From an uncultured Planctomycetota bacterium (GTDB lineage: Bacteria; Planctomycetota; Planctomycetia; Pirellulales; Lacipirellulaceae): a stretch of DNA of 64,000 nt. Under the pieces are notes generated by a model. The model saw only the letters and a program-made list of their open reading frames with translations. It was not told the origin of the DNA and searched no databases. The stretch spans positions 128,001-192,000 of the forward strand of contig CAVRBU010000003.1 in NCBI GenBank assembly GCA_963719315.1, given 5' to 3'. Position numbers and translations under genes: made by a program. Shown here piece after piece: positions 8,209-19,786 of the stretch (its first letter is position 1; each line of letters opens with the position of its first letter).

Positions 8209-9421
8209 CCGAGGGTCGAGGTTCGAGGTTCGATGCCCCAACCGCCGCTCGCGGCTTAGCGCTAATCCCCTTGCATTTTTCAATCTGCATTTCTCATTTT
8301 TCAATTTGCAACTACTCTTGGGTTCGCTCGTTGCACTGACCGTTCTCGCAACCACCTACCCGCTCCGCGCTGAAGTCACCAGGCTCAAATGGGGAAACGA
8401 ACGCACTCCCGTTAAGAAGCAGGCCAGCGCACGAACCGCGTTGCGCTTCGTAAAGCCCGGCGTGGCTTCCGCCAAGCACACCGACGCCGCGATCAAACTT
8501 GTGATTTACGACGAACGAACCGCTTCTCAACTCACCAGCGCTCGCGCCGAAGAACCGCAAACGCGCAGCGTCGTCGTCAATCGTGAAAGCGATTTGTCCG
8601 AGGGCTTCCGCGCCGCACAGGCCCCCGCCGCGGACCAGGGCCCGACTGGCAGCAATGCAAACTCCAAAATTGAGGACAGCCTGCGCTCACCATTCTCCGA
8701 CAACTCGGCGGAGCCGGTGCAACCAAATCCGATCACGCTGCCGCCGCCTGACGAAAATCGCGCAAACGCACAGCCCGACAACAATTTGCTGCAATTGAAC
8801 CAACAACCGCCGTCAGACGTTCAAACGCCGCCCGCCACCGAGCCAGACACCGGCCAATTCCAACCGATTCTGCCCGCCGGTCCCGGTCCCGATCAATCGC
8901 CGCCATTGCCTGCCACGAATGAAACCACGCTTAAAGCCGAGGGAGAGAAGGCCAAGGAATCGTGCGACAAGAGCCTCGAGAACCTGCGCGCCTACACGGT
9001 CGATAAGGTGAACCTGAACATCGCGATTACCGGTACCGAGGGTACGGATTTTCCCTTCGAGTGCTCGGTCAACGACGGCACGATGTTCGCAGGCCGCTGC
9101 TGGGAGCAAACCACGTACTTGTGGAAGGCTTCGGCCATGTGCCATAAACCGCTGTACTTCGAAGATGAGCAACTCGAACGCTACGGCCACTCGTTCAGCC
9201 CCTGCTTCCAGCCGTTCGTCTCGGGCGCCCACTTCTTCACGCACGTGCCGGTGCTGCCTTACTGCATGGGCGTCGAACCGCCGAACGAATGCATCTACGC
9301 CTTGGGCTACTACCGCCCAGGCAGTTGCGCCCCGTACATGTGCAACCCCATCCCGCTCAGCCTCCGCGGCGCGCTATTTGAAGCCGGCGTCTTCACCGGC
9401 GCAGCGGCGATCTTGCCGTAG
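8201..9421 (+). CDS. conserved planctomycete secreted protein (Pro-rich linker, [15 protein letters not shown]-terminal domain)
   Basis: signal-like segment [15 protein letters not shown], low-complexity middle, [33 protein letters not shown]; start uncertain. Confidence 0.8.
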   Translation: MISRGSRFEVRCPNRRSRLSANPLAFFNLHFSFFNLQLLLGSLVALTVLATTYPLRAEVTRLKWGNERTPVKKQASARTALRFVKPGVASAKHTDAAIKLVIYDERTASQLTSARAEEPQTRSVVVNRESDLSEGFRAAQAPAADQGPTGSNANSKIEDSLRSPFSDNSAEPVQPNPITLPPPDENRANAQPDNNLLQLNQQPPSDVQTPPATEPDTGQFQPILPAGPGPDQSPPLPATNETTLKAEGEKAKESCDKSLENLRAYTVDKVNLNIAITGTEGTDFPFECSVNDGTMFAGRCWEQTTYLWKASAMCHKPLYFEDEQLERYGHSFSPCFQPFVSGAHFFTHVPVLPYCMGVEPPNECIYALGYYRPGSCAPYMCNPIPLSLRGALFEAGVFTGAAAILP

Positions 9422-9439
9422 TAACTGGCGACGAAACAA

Positions 9440-9477
9440 AAACGGCCAGCCGCGGGTACGCGGCCGGCCGGCGTTTC
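9440..9477. terminator. probable bidirectional intrinsic terminator
   Basis: AAAAACGGCCAGCCGCG-GGTA-CGCGGCCGGCCGGCGTTT between convergent genes. Confidence 0.6.
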
Positions 9478-9524
9478 AAGATCACTCGGTCATTGGGCCG
9501 CGTGATTTGCGTTTTTTACCGCGA

Positions 9525-9740
9525 CTACTTCATGTTGGGGCAGTCGCAGCCGTTTGCGCAGTCCTTGCAGCAGTCGCATTTACAACTGCAATTCGGGCAG
9601 TCCTTGCAGCAGTCCTTCGAGCAACAAGTGCCTTCCTTGCAATCCGGGGCGGCTGTCGTCGCCGGGCTCGAATGACTGGCAAAGCCCGCGGCCACTAAAC
9701 CGGCCGCGACCAAGAGGCCACCAAATAACTTAACAATCAT
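9525..9740 (-). CDS. exported cysteine-rich metallothionein-like peptide (71 aa, 14 Cys)
   Basis: MIVKLFGGLLVAAGLVAAGFA signal followed by DCKEGTCCSKDCCKDCPNCSCKCDCCKDCANGCDCPNMK; AGGAAAG RBS upstream. Confidence 0.8.
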   Translation of the reverse strand: MIVKLFGGLLVAAGLVAAGFASHSSPATTAAPDCKEGTCCSKDCCKDCPNCSCKCDCCKDCANGCDCPNMK

Positions 9741-9874
9741 AGTAGACTCACTTTCCTGAATGATGGAACGTCGAGCGACGCTCGACACAGATCGATACGT
9801 GAAATAGCAAACCAGCGCGGCAATGAACAGCCCGATCGCCGATCGCTATCAAGCAGAACGGGGTCACGCTCGAA

Positions 9875-10307
9875 TCAAATGATCCAGGAGCAGTGCAGAA
9901 TTCGATGTGGAACAGGCGGCGGCAAATCCTCAACTGCCCAGGCCGCTACATCGATATCACTCGAAGCATTGGAGAGAAGCGGCTGCACTGTTGGTAGCAC
10001 AGCATGATCGTCTGAAATCCGCTGTTCGGCAGATACAAACGTCCGATCGACGGGACGCACATCGCAGCCACAAGTTCGCGACTGCACGCGAACGCAACCC
10101 ACGGCGACGGCGCGTCGTTGGCAGCAGGGGGGGACGGCAAGCGGCTTGGTGGTGTGGGTTCCGTCTGCCGGGCAAGTGGGAGCAATCGCCCGCGCCGGCC
10201 GCGCAGCTCGTGCAGCGTGCCGGTACTGGTAGAACGAGGGAAGACGCAGCGGCGACAATCACCGCGCAGTGAAACATATACGGCGGGCGGACAACGAGGC
10301 CAACCAT
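9875..10307 (-). CDS. small Cys-rich secreted/membrane protein ending HRILHCSWII, frameshift near 10175
   Basis: N-part ORF 9957-10307 (hydrophobic, then CTSC), C-part ORF 9875-10258 (CC, CGC, PPPVPHRILHCSWII). Confidence 0.6.
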
Positions 10308-10404
10308 GCCTGAATTGTCGCAGGTCGGTCCGGCCGGTCAAGCTCGATCGAATTCGGCCATTTGCCCTCACCCCAGTTCTCAACAGTCGAAAGGGCAGGC
10401 GGAA

Positions 10405-10449
10405 AAGGGGCACTCTGGCTTCAAGAAAAGCAGAATGCCCCACCTTCCC
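10405..10449. repeat. imperfect inverted repeat, REP-like or terminator
   Basis: AAAAGGGGCACTCTG..CAGAATGCCCCACCTT. Confidence 0.45.
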
Positions 10450-10489
10450 ACTCTACGGTATCACAAATTACTTGCTTTGATTGGCGAAG

Positions 10490-11359
10490 TTATCGCCTGC
10501 GGCCGATCAACCCCAACGACAACAAACCCATGCTTAGCAGGATGAATGAAGCCGGCTCTGGTATCTCCACATCTGAGCGGAAATCCAGCGCGTAAACGAC
10601 TCCGCCGCCGGTCTCGATGTTCTCGAAGATGAAACCGTGCGCTGGTGGGAGATTCGCGTAGATTCCTTGTTCGTCGGAAGAGATGAACCTTACCTGAATC
10701 GGTGTTAGGATGTCGACGTAGTCGCTGATAATGCCGTCGATTCCACCGGTTTCTAGCGGGGGTTCCACGACGTCGAAACGGGTTGGAGGAATGGCAAATT
10801 CGAGCACGGGCTCAGTTACGCCTTCCGGAAGCGGCTCGAGAATACTCGCACTGTAGACCACTTTGCCGGTGCCTGGGCCGTAGTAGCCGAGCGTAATCGT
10901 AAGGCTATCGGATTCTTGGTTAGTGCCAGCGACGTTGCCATCGGATTTGGCAACGATTCGGATGGGCTGGAATCTTTCGCGAGCCGTGGCTGGAATGCGG
11001 ATCACGTCGGCCTCCGTGCGAGGGGGCAGTCCGCCCGGATTAGGATCCGAAACAACTCTTAACTCATACGTATTAAGGATACTTAGCCGGTCGCTAATGA
11101 TGGATTGAGTGGGGCTAAGCAACTCGCGGAAATCGATCGAGCGCGGCAGGACGGGATAGAAGGCCTCAACCGGTTCATTGCCTTCAGCAATGACAAGGGG
11201 CGGAATCGGTGGCACAAGTGGAACAATTGCCCCGCTAAGATCTACGGCGGATTCGGACAACGAATCAGACTCCGCCCCAGCTTGGGCTGATGCTACTCTG
11301 GCAACAAAAGCGAGCGCTACGAGCAGGGACAACAGCGCGAAATGACGTAAGATTCTCAT
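10490..11359 (-). CDS. PEP-CTERM sorting domain protein
   Basis: signal peptide MRILRHFALLSLLVALAFVARVASA; C-terminus IPEPASFILLSMGLLSLGLIGRRR; GGAG RBS. Confidence 0.88.
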   Translation of the reverse strand: MRILRHFALLSLLVALAFVARVASAQAGAESDSLSESAVDLSGAIVPLVPPIPPLVIAEGNEPVEAFYPVLPRSIDFRELLSPTQSIISDRLSILNTYELRVVSDPNPGGLPPRTEADVIRIPATARERFQPIRIVAKSDGNVAGTNQESDSLTITLGYYGPGTGKVVYSASILEPLPEGVTEPVLEFAIPPTRFDVVEPPLETGGIDGIISDYVDILTPIQVRFISSDEQGIYANLPPAHGFIFENIETGGGVVYALDFRSDVEIPEPASFILLSMGLLSLGLIGRRR

Positions 11360-12030
11360 TAGACCATCTCCATTGAAATGGATCCAATGCGATGTCGGAG
11401 AACCAACATCGGTCGCCATCGCATCGGATCAAGACCTTGATCGTGAATCGAAGCTAGATCGGCGTACAAGAGCGATGAGTTTTTTCGACACCTCCTTCCT
11501 CGTGTTGTGGCTCTAAGCTGCCAAGATGGTGAAGGTGCGGCGCAGCATTTTCCCGGATAAGTTCAGTTTCGTAGAATGAATGCGTGCGAGCCGCGCGCTT
11601 CTGATATCCCCTCCTCAGCATTCGGCCGGAGACGGCGGAGTGACACACCCTCGCGGGCCCGCCGCCAAGCCCCAGCGAGCGAAACCAGCCTCAACGCTGT
11701 TCCGAGAAGAAACTAAAAGGAGCGTTAGCTGGAACGTAGCTACGTTGCGCGAGATCCAAAAACAGCCGGAAGAACCGACCCGCGTAGTGCACCTCGCGCG
11801 TCAGCGCTCATTAGACGCCCATTTTTCGGCGTGTCAAGTATTCAAGACTCGAAGTCGAGCACTTATCCGAAGTTCAACGCTTCCTATGAATATTTGCTCT
11901 AACTCTATCGGGGCATACGATAGCACGGATGGTCGCGATGGGCATACGATGGCCCGTGTCCGACGGTGCCTGACTTAGTACGAGAATTCAGCACCGTGAC
12001 CCTTGGTGCAGAGAGTGAAAGCTGGCGGTT

Positions 12031-12720
12031 TTACCGATATCCGTCCATCCCAAGCCGCATCTTGAGCTCTTCGAACTGCTCGACGTACCGTTCGCAAGTG
12101 GAGTGGACGTGCTCGGCTTCGGTGATGAACCGCATGTCTTCGCGGCAGGGAACGCGGCAATCGACCAGAATGTTCTCGTAAGGCCGCAGCTCCTTGCCAT
12201 ACACGATGAGCAACTTGTGCTCATCGAGCTGCACTTCCTGCGGCAGGGCAGGGTTGAGCACCGCAATGCCGGTGCAGCCGTCGTTTACCAACAGGTCTTC
12301 GAAGTCCCACAGCGTGCTTTGCAGGATCGGCATGTCGATGTATTCGCGATACAGATCGGTGTGGCCGTGTGACTCGTGGCCGTGACTGGTTTCCAGGACC
12401 ACATCCACCACGTCGCCCAGTTGCTCGATCAGCGACATGAATGATTCCATCATTCGCTTGCGGGTGACGGCCGCCATCAGAACGGGCACTTCGGCCTTGT
12501 TCTCCTCGTCTCGATACGTGTCGTGACGGAAGCCGGCGCTCGGCACGACTTCGAGATTGTACGAAGGGCGAACCGCATCGCTTAGTTCGAATTCGCCATA
12601 ACGGGCGACGCCGAGGTGGGCCTCGAGCTCATCGTTCGAGAGCTGGCCGAACCCACCTGCCGGGCGAACTGGAGCGTCGGTCGCGTATACGTTCGTAAAA
12701 AAACTCTTTAGGAACCCCAT
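12031..12720 (-). CDS. conserved planctomycete hypothetical protein
   Basis: 229-aa ORF, host-like codons, VDVVLETSH..DLYRE.ID...L.NDGCTGIAV..EVQ.DEHKL motifs. Confidence 0.85.
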   Translation of the reverse strand: MGFLKSFFTNVYATDAPVRPAGGFGQLSNDELEAHLGVARYGEFELSDAVRPSYNLEVVPSAGFRHDTYRDEENKAEVPVLMAAVTRKRMMESFMSLIEQLGDVVDVVLETSHGHESHGHTDLYREYIDMPILQSTLWDFEDLLVNDGCTGIAVLNPALPQEVQLDEHKLLIVYGKELRPYENILVDCRVPCREDMRFITEAEHVHSTCERYVEQFEELKMRLGMDGYR

Positions 12721-13107
12721 CTCAATTCTCTCGTCTATGGCGTCGTTTAAGTTCTTGGTTGTTTGATCGCGGGGAGATCAGACATACTTCGATGGGGAGG
12801 TCGATTTCAAAGCCAACAGGCTATGCGTCCAGCCGATGAAACGTCCGCAGCACTAGCCACTCGCTGACCTGATAAAACCTAGGTTACGAGGTGCAAACAT
12901 GCCGAAGTAGCGGAACAGGCGATTGGGAATCGCGATCCACCAGCAATCACAAGCGGTATCACCGCACCAGTCCGCCAACCGGGCAGAATCGGCCGGAACA
13001 AAGAGTTCGGGATTCGGAATACAGCCCCGAAAAATAGCCGCGATGCTACGCATCGCCGGGATCCCAGCATTAATGTTGCGTCTCTGCAACAAGGTGGCGG
13101 GAAGGCA

Positions 13108-14369
13108 CTACCTGGGCGGCTTTTGGCAGCGCACCAGCGTCATCACGGCCATCGCCGTGCCGTACTGCTGATGGTAGTTAAAGAGCGGGAAGTCCCACCA
13201 ACTGCCGTCGCGCTCTTGCAGCGGTAGAATGATGTGGGCCAGGTGGTCCTGAAAAAACGGTCGCTCGGCCGCTGGAAGTTGATCGATGCACTGTGCGGCG
13301 TACCAGTGCCCGTAGTAATAGAAGTAGCCGGCGATATGAAAGAACGACTCGTGAGGAATCGGTCGCTTGCGGCCCATGCTTAACCAGCCGTTGCGGGCAA
13401 TGAGGCGGTCGAGCCACGACTTGAGCACCGCCTCGGTGATCCGCTTGTCGCCATACTTGAGGAGCGCAAGGTTGCAGGCTTGCGAGCGACCCAAACTACC
13501 GGCCGGCCGGTTGATATCCATCATCGGCGTCATGCGAAGATACTCGCCGTAGGCGTAACTGAAGTCAGGTTTCTGCTGGCGGAGAATCGAAGCGATCGCC
13601 TTTTTGGTGAGACGATCGGGAAACGTCACTCCGATCCCTTCGCCCTCTTTGAGCGCGATGAGGACCGTGGCGGTGCAGAAACTAAATGCGGAATCGCTGG
13701 GTGTTTGCGTGCCGGCCAGAAAATCGTAATACGACCAGCCGCCGCCGACAAAGCTGTAGCGGGCCAGCATATCGGCCTGATGTTGGGCCAACTCTTTCAG
13801 CTTGGCCTGGCGCTCGGGGTCGCCGGCCGCACGCTTATGCAGCGCTACCAAGCACTGAATGGAATAAGCGTGGCCCCAGACGTTGTAAAGCGCATCGGGC
13901 GTAGCGCGTTTTAGAATCGCCAAGTGACCATCGAGCCAGGCAGCGCCGTGGTTGATGGCTTTGTCGACATCGGGCCGGTCGCTAGCCGCCAGTTTGGGCC
14001 GCGCTTCGATCAACGCCATGATTACGAGCGAAGTAACGGCCGTGCGAAACGCATCGTGCGCCCTGGCGGCGGCGCGTAGAGGTTCATCGATTTTGAGTGC
14101 TCGGCGCTCCCCCAGGCGCCGTCCGGCCGCTGGTCGGCAAGTAAAAATTTCACGCCACGCTCGATGGCGGCCGAAAGCTCTTCGGGCTTCGGCGGCGTGA
14201 TCGGCTCGGGCTTAGGGCCTTCTGTGGCTTGAGGCGAGAGGTGAATCGCTTCGGTTGACGGTGCGGAGGCAGCAGGTTTATCAGTCGCTTCGGAGTCGGT
14301 TGCCGCGAGCGAAATGGGAGGCAGCCACGCCACGGTTAGAACGAGAATCGGGATTCGCAGCAATTGCAT
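13108..14369 (-). CDS. secreted prenyltransferase/squalene-oxidase-repeat (alpha/alpha barrel) protein, frameshift near 14062
   Basis: signal peptide; repeats DQRPDGAWG, GGWSY, QQKPDFSYAY, LQERDGSWWD; joins ORFs 14022-14432 and 13108-14019. Confidence 0.8.
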
Positions 14370-14460
14370 GTGTGGCCTGTCCCAGATTTCCCAGTCCGCT
14401 GCTTGAGTCCGTTGAAAGTCCTTAAGGAACACGAATCGCCAATAATGGTCGCCAATTCCG

Positions 14461-14489
14461 ATTAGTGTCGATTAGCGAAGATTAGCGTT
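14461..14489. repeat. ATTAG-periodic repeat, inverted copy at 41795-41823
   Basis: ATTAGTGTCGATTAGCGAAGATTAGCG matches the reverse complement of ACCGCTAATCTTCGCTAACGGGCGCTAAT. Confidence 0.7.
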
Positions 14490-16147
14490 TCTCTTTCTCC
14501 TCTTTTTCCTTCTTCTTCGCGTCTTCATCGTCGAGCGAAATAACGTCACCCTTCTTCAGTCCCTTGGTGATTTCGACATCGTCCTCTTTTCGTTTGCCAA
14601 GTTTGACATTTCGGCGTTCGGGCTTTGCGCTCGCGTCGTCGGCATCGACGAGCCAAACGAAGTGCGTATCGGGATCGTTCTCGTCGTCGTGAACGGCCTT
14701 CTTCGGTACGACGATGGCGTCCGCCTTGTCGTACGTGGTGACGTTCACTTTGCAGCTCACGCCGGCCACGATCCAATTCGGAACCTCACTCTGTTCGATG
14801 TCGAAATCGATTGCGAATTTTCCGGAGCCGACCGGGATGGGCGAGATTGATTTCACTCTGCCGGCGATGCGGTCGCTGCCTTCCGAGGGCAACGCGACTT
14901 TGACCTTCTGCCCATCAGATACTTCTGGCCGCTTGCCTTCCTCCAGGGTGGATGTGACGTACAGCGGCCTCTGTTCGACGATCGTCATCACAACCGAACC
15001 ACCGGGTACGTTGTTGTGCGGCTGGTATTTTGTCACAAGCGATGCTGTATCGGCCCAGCGGCCGTTGACGCACGAGCCGTAGTACACCACGCCGTCCGCC
15101 GGCGACTTGACCTCCATTAATTCTCGATCGGCCAATAGCTTGGCATGCTTATCGAGCGATTTAGCGCGAGCTTTCTTGCGTTGCTCAAATTCGTAGCGGG
15201 CGCGATTCAGATCGAGAGATAAGGCCATCTGCGCGGGCTTTCGCCAGGGACGCACGCTCGAGCGACTCCTTGATCTGAATATCCATCCGCGGGATTCGCA
15301 CGTCGAGCATCTCGTCATGATTGAGCTTGGCGTTTTCCAGGCTAAACTGGGCGAACTCCACCGCGCTACGCTGCCGCTTAAGGACGATTTCCTCGGTGGC
15401 TTCCGTGAGATCGTCGGCCTTGTACATTTTTTCAAGTTGATCGAGCTCGTCTTTTTCGTAATCAAGATTGAACTTGTAGTACTTGAGCATGAACTCGGAC
15501 GACTTGATCGACATCGGGCGGTCGATCTCGTTGTAGCGCTTGAAATCCTCTTTCGCCTCGCGGTCGGAGCGATCGGCGTCGTCGAATTCCATTTTGAGAG
15601 TCTGCTCAATCCGCGGCAGCTCTTCTTCCGAGCGCATGATTGTCAGTTCGCTGATGCGCTGCTCGAGTTCCAAGTCGTCGATGGCCTTGTTGATTTCCTC
15701 GGCATCGAATTTGAAGAGCACTTCGCCTTTGTGAACTTTGGCGCCGAGGTCCGCCACATTCACGATTTCGTAGTCGCTCCATGAATCAGGACGCAATGCC
15801 ACTTCGTGCATTTTGTCGGCGACGAACGCGCCGTCGAGCGACAGGTCGATTTTGAAACGCTTAGGCTCGACTTTGTACGTCTTTCGCTTCTCTTCCGACT
15901 TTGCCGCTTTGTCGTCGGCCTTTCCGGCGCTGTCCTTTCCTTGGGCGTCGGATGACTCCTTGCCTTTGGCTTTGTCGCTTTCTTTTGAATCTGTAGAGGT
16001 AGCCCCGTCGGACTTCTGGTCCTGCTTATCCTTCTCGGATTCGGAACCTGCTTTGACGGATTTGTCGCCCGCGAACGCTGCTCCCGCCGGGCCGACACTA
16101 AACGAAACTGCAAACGCGAACAGCAACAGCAGTAAATGACGCCTCAT
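14482..16147 (-). CDS. HlyD-family efflux periplasmic adaptor with long coiled coil, frameshift near 15232
   Basis: signal peptide, GAKVHKGEVL and VKSPADGVVYY lipoyl half-motifs, AIVVPKKAV..V.LG..VEITKGLKKGD C-terminus. Confidence 0.82.
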
Positions 16148-16262
16148 TGCAGGTCTCCTCGGTGATAACTGTCATTTTCGTTGGAAAAACGCTAAATTGC
16201 AATCGAGCAACGTGACGTGGACTCGCAATCGGCACGATTGATGGCTAAGGCGGCATATTTCC

Positions 16263-16848
16263 ATGACAAAGATTTACACCCGCACTGGCGACGAAGGCGA
16301 GACCTCGCTCCTGGGCGGCGAACGCCTCCGAAAGGATGACCTGAGAATCGAGACAATCGGCTGCATTGATGAAACGAACGCCGCCATCGGGTTGGTGCGG
16401 GTCGAGCTCTTGCGGAGCGGTGTAGCGCCGGAGGGAGTCGACGCGGTTCTTGCGCGGTCTCAACACACGCTTTTTGACGTGGGCGCTGAGTTGGCGTCAC
16501 GAGCGACGGGGCCGTCCCGCACCGCAAGCTTGAATGATTCGAGACGTCGCAGAAGTTGAGGCTGCCATCGACCACTTTGACGCGGAACTCGGCCCGCTTC
16601 GCGCGTTCGTTTTGCCAGGCGGTGCGGCCGCAGCGGCTCAACTGCACTTGGCCCGTTGCATTTGCCGGCGCAGTGAACGGCGTTTAGTCGAGTTGGCGGC
16701 CGCCGAACAGATCCGCGGAGAATTGGTGCGCTATCTCAACCGGCTGAGCGATTTGTTGTTCGTGCTAGCCCGGGTGGTGAACAAGGCGAATCGGCTGCCG
16801 GATGTAATTTGGGAGCAGGTCCCGAAAGGGGGATTGTGGAAAGGGTAA
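16263..16848 (+). CDS. pduO: cob(I)yrinic acid a,c-diamide adenosyltransferase (PduO type), frameshift near 16535
   Basis: KIYTRTGDEGET, G.IDE.NAAIG, FVLPGG..AAQLHLAR.ICRRSER, YLNRLSDLLF. Confidence 0.93.
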
Positions 16849-16970
16849 GGGGGACGGCAGACGCACGGCATGTAGTCGTATTCGCACGGGCGAAACCGGG
16901 GCGAACGCGCTATAATGATAGTGAGCGTGACCTATTGAAACCGCAAGCGCTGAGCCGCGGTTCGTAATTC

Positions 16971-16994
16971 GTGGCGGAATTCGCTAGAACTCCG
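16971..16994. repeat. GTAG-REP family GTAGCnGAATTCGCAAGAATTCnG (degenerate copy)
   Basis: GTGGCGGAATTCGCTAGAACTCCG; related copies at 31463, 34802 and 52270. Confidence 0.6.
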
Positions 16995-17042
16995 ATTTTT
17001 GTATCCAGTGGACTGAAGTCTTGCGACTTCAGTTGCGCCCGA

Positions 17043-19684
17043 ATGTCGCAAGGTGACCGTTTACGTTCGATAGTGCGCGAAGTTCGCCAGAAATTGGCGG
17101 ACGGCCGCCAGCAGCTTCGCGAACAGCACGATCGCGGGTTGGAGGGCGCACGGGTTTGCGCGGTATACGACGCTCGTCGATCAGGCGATCGGCCGGATTT
17201 TCGAGGCTTACCTGGGGGAACTGTCCGTTGCGGATGCAGTTCAGACTCGCCAGCGGGTTGCGCTCGTGGCTCACGGTGGTTACGGGCGTCGGCAACAGGC
17301 GCCGTTTTCCGATGTCGATCTGATGGTCTTGTACGACGGCAAGCGCGATGCACTCATCGCCCAACTCGCATCGCGGCTTACGCAAGATATTTGCGACGTT
17401 TACCAGCACTTGGGGCACAGTCTGCGTTCGCCCGACGAAGCCGTGCAGCAGGCCCGCACCGATGCCCAGGTTGGCACCTCGCTGCTCGAATCGCGGCTGC
17501 TATTGGGCAATAGCGAATTGTTCGACCGCTACAGTGGCATGATGAAAACGATGATCGAGCGGCGCGGGACGGCGCTGGCGGGCGACTTCATCGCCGAGCG
17601 ACGCAAGGAGCGGCTCGAATATGGCGAAACCGTTTATCTGCTAGAACCAAACGTGAAGCGTTCGCGAGGCGGACTGCGCGATATCCATCTGCTGCGGTGG
17701 CTGTGGTATCTCAAAGCCGGTGTGGCCGATCCCGATCGTTTGCACGACATGGGCTTGCTCTCGAAATTCGATCACCGCCGGTTGATGTCGTCGCAGAATT
17801 TCTTGTTGCGAGTGCGCAACGAGATGCACTTCCACGCCAATGAAACCAATGACGCTCTGAGCCGGGCCGAGCAGCTTCGGCTGGCCGAGCATTTAAAGTA
17901 CCAGGGTAAGCAGGGAGTGCTGCCCGTTGAGCAGTTCATGCGCGACTATTTCCATCACACGTCTCACGTGTGGCAAATGGCCCATCGGCTTGCCGAGTTG
18001 ATGGCGCCCGTGTCGCGCGTGAGCCGCGTTTGGGCGCCGATTCTGGGACGTCGAACCGAGGACGACTATCAAATCGGGCGCAACGAGGTCAGCGCGACGC
18101 CGCGAGCCACGGCCCGTCTGGCTCAGCATCCGGAAGAAGTGCTGAAGCTAGTCGATTTGGCCCGCAACGCCGGCAAGCGCATTTCGCAGGACACATGGCA
18201 CTTCGTGTATCGCACGGCGCCGCAATACTCGAACGAGCCGAAACAGGCGCTCGTTACTAGTTTTTTACAAATCCTGACAAACCCCTTGCGACTGGGCGAA
18301 TTGCTGCGGCGATTGCACGAAATGGGCGTGCTGGAAAAGATCATTCCCGAGTTTACGCACGCCCGTAGCTTGTTGCAGTTCAATCAATACCACAAGTACA
18401 CGGTGGATGAACACTGCATCCGGGCCGTGGAAGAAGCGACGCGATTTGCCGAGCGCGATGATTCCGTTGGCAAGATATATCGCGGCCTGCCGGATCGAAC
18501 GATTTTGCATCTTGCGCTATTGCTGCACGATTTGGGGAAGGGGTTCGAAGAAGATCACAGCGAAGTTGGCCGGCGGATCGCGAAGTCGACGGCCGAGCGC
18601 CTGCGGTTGCCCACCGATCAAGCGGAGACGCTGGAGTTTTTAGTACACAGACATTTACGGATGTCTCACATAGCGCTTAAGTATGACACGACTCAACCAC
18701 AACTGGTGGCGCGGTTCGTCGAAGAAGTGGGATCGCGATCGCATCTTGATCTGTTATTTTTAGCGACCTGCGCCGATCTGGCGGCAGTCGGACCAGACGT
18801 GCTTAACAGTTGGAAAGTTGAGGTGCTTTCCGAGCTGCACTCGCGGGCAGCACAACAGTTGGCTGCGGATGGCGACTCGGGAAGCGTCGTGGATCGCCAG
18901 ATCGAACGAAATGCCGCGCGAGAGATGCTCACGGCGAGTGAGTACAGCGACCCTTGGTTCGAGCGCCAATTGGCGGCCTTGCCGGATGCGTTCGTCAGCA
19001 AGCGGCAGCCCGCCGATGTGGCCAACACGTTGCGACGGCTGCGAACGCTTACGCCGCGCGCCGGCGTGGCGTGGGCCAATTACCTGAAGGACACGGATAC
19101 GGTCGAGTTCATCGCCGGCATCGACCAAGGCGCTGGTCGAGCGATTTTCTCCAGCATGGCCGGCGCTGACGAGCCAAAAGCAGCAAATCCTGGCGGCCGA
19201 GACCGACATGCTGTCCGACGGTCTGATGCTCCTACGGTACGTAGCCTCGGAGCCGGAATCGCCGGGCGAGCCGTCGCCGGAGCGGCTCGACGGTATCTGC
19301 CGCGCGCTCGTCGCTTCGATCGATTCCGACGGGGTACCGCGGTTTCCCAAAATCTTGGGTCGCGAACAGAAGACGGCAGGCGCCGCTTTGACGAATATGC
19401 CAAACCGCGTGAGTATCGATAACGAAATGTCTGACCTGTGCACGGTGATCGAGGTCTTTACAGTCGATCGCCGGGGCCTGCTTTATCGCCTGGCCCGGGC
19501 GCTACACGACCTGGGGCTGGTGATTCGCTTTGCCAAAATCGGCACGCATCTCGATCAGGTGGTGGACGTATTTTACGTCACGGACCGGGATGAGCGCAAG
19601 CTCGACGGTGAGGAGCGGCTAGCAGAGATTCGCGGTACTCTCACCGCTGTTACTACGCCGGCCGATTCAGTGGCCGCCAAGTAG
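17043..19684 (+). CDS. glnD: [protein-PII] uridylyltransferase, frameshifts near 17161 and 19165
   Basis: GGYGR..APFSDVDL, LEPNVKRSRGGLRD, QFNQYHKYTVDEH, LLHDLGKG (HD domain), ACT domain DRRGLLY..AKIGT....VDVFYV. Confidence 0.96.
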
Positions 19685-19786
19685 GTCTGCGGAGCCTCTC
19701 GGATCGAGGCACCTCCAGAGATTCGCTGTTCCGGCATAGGCTCACTTTCCGATATAAGAGGAGGTGAACCAGGCGGTGCCAGAAAT

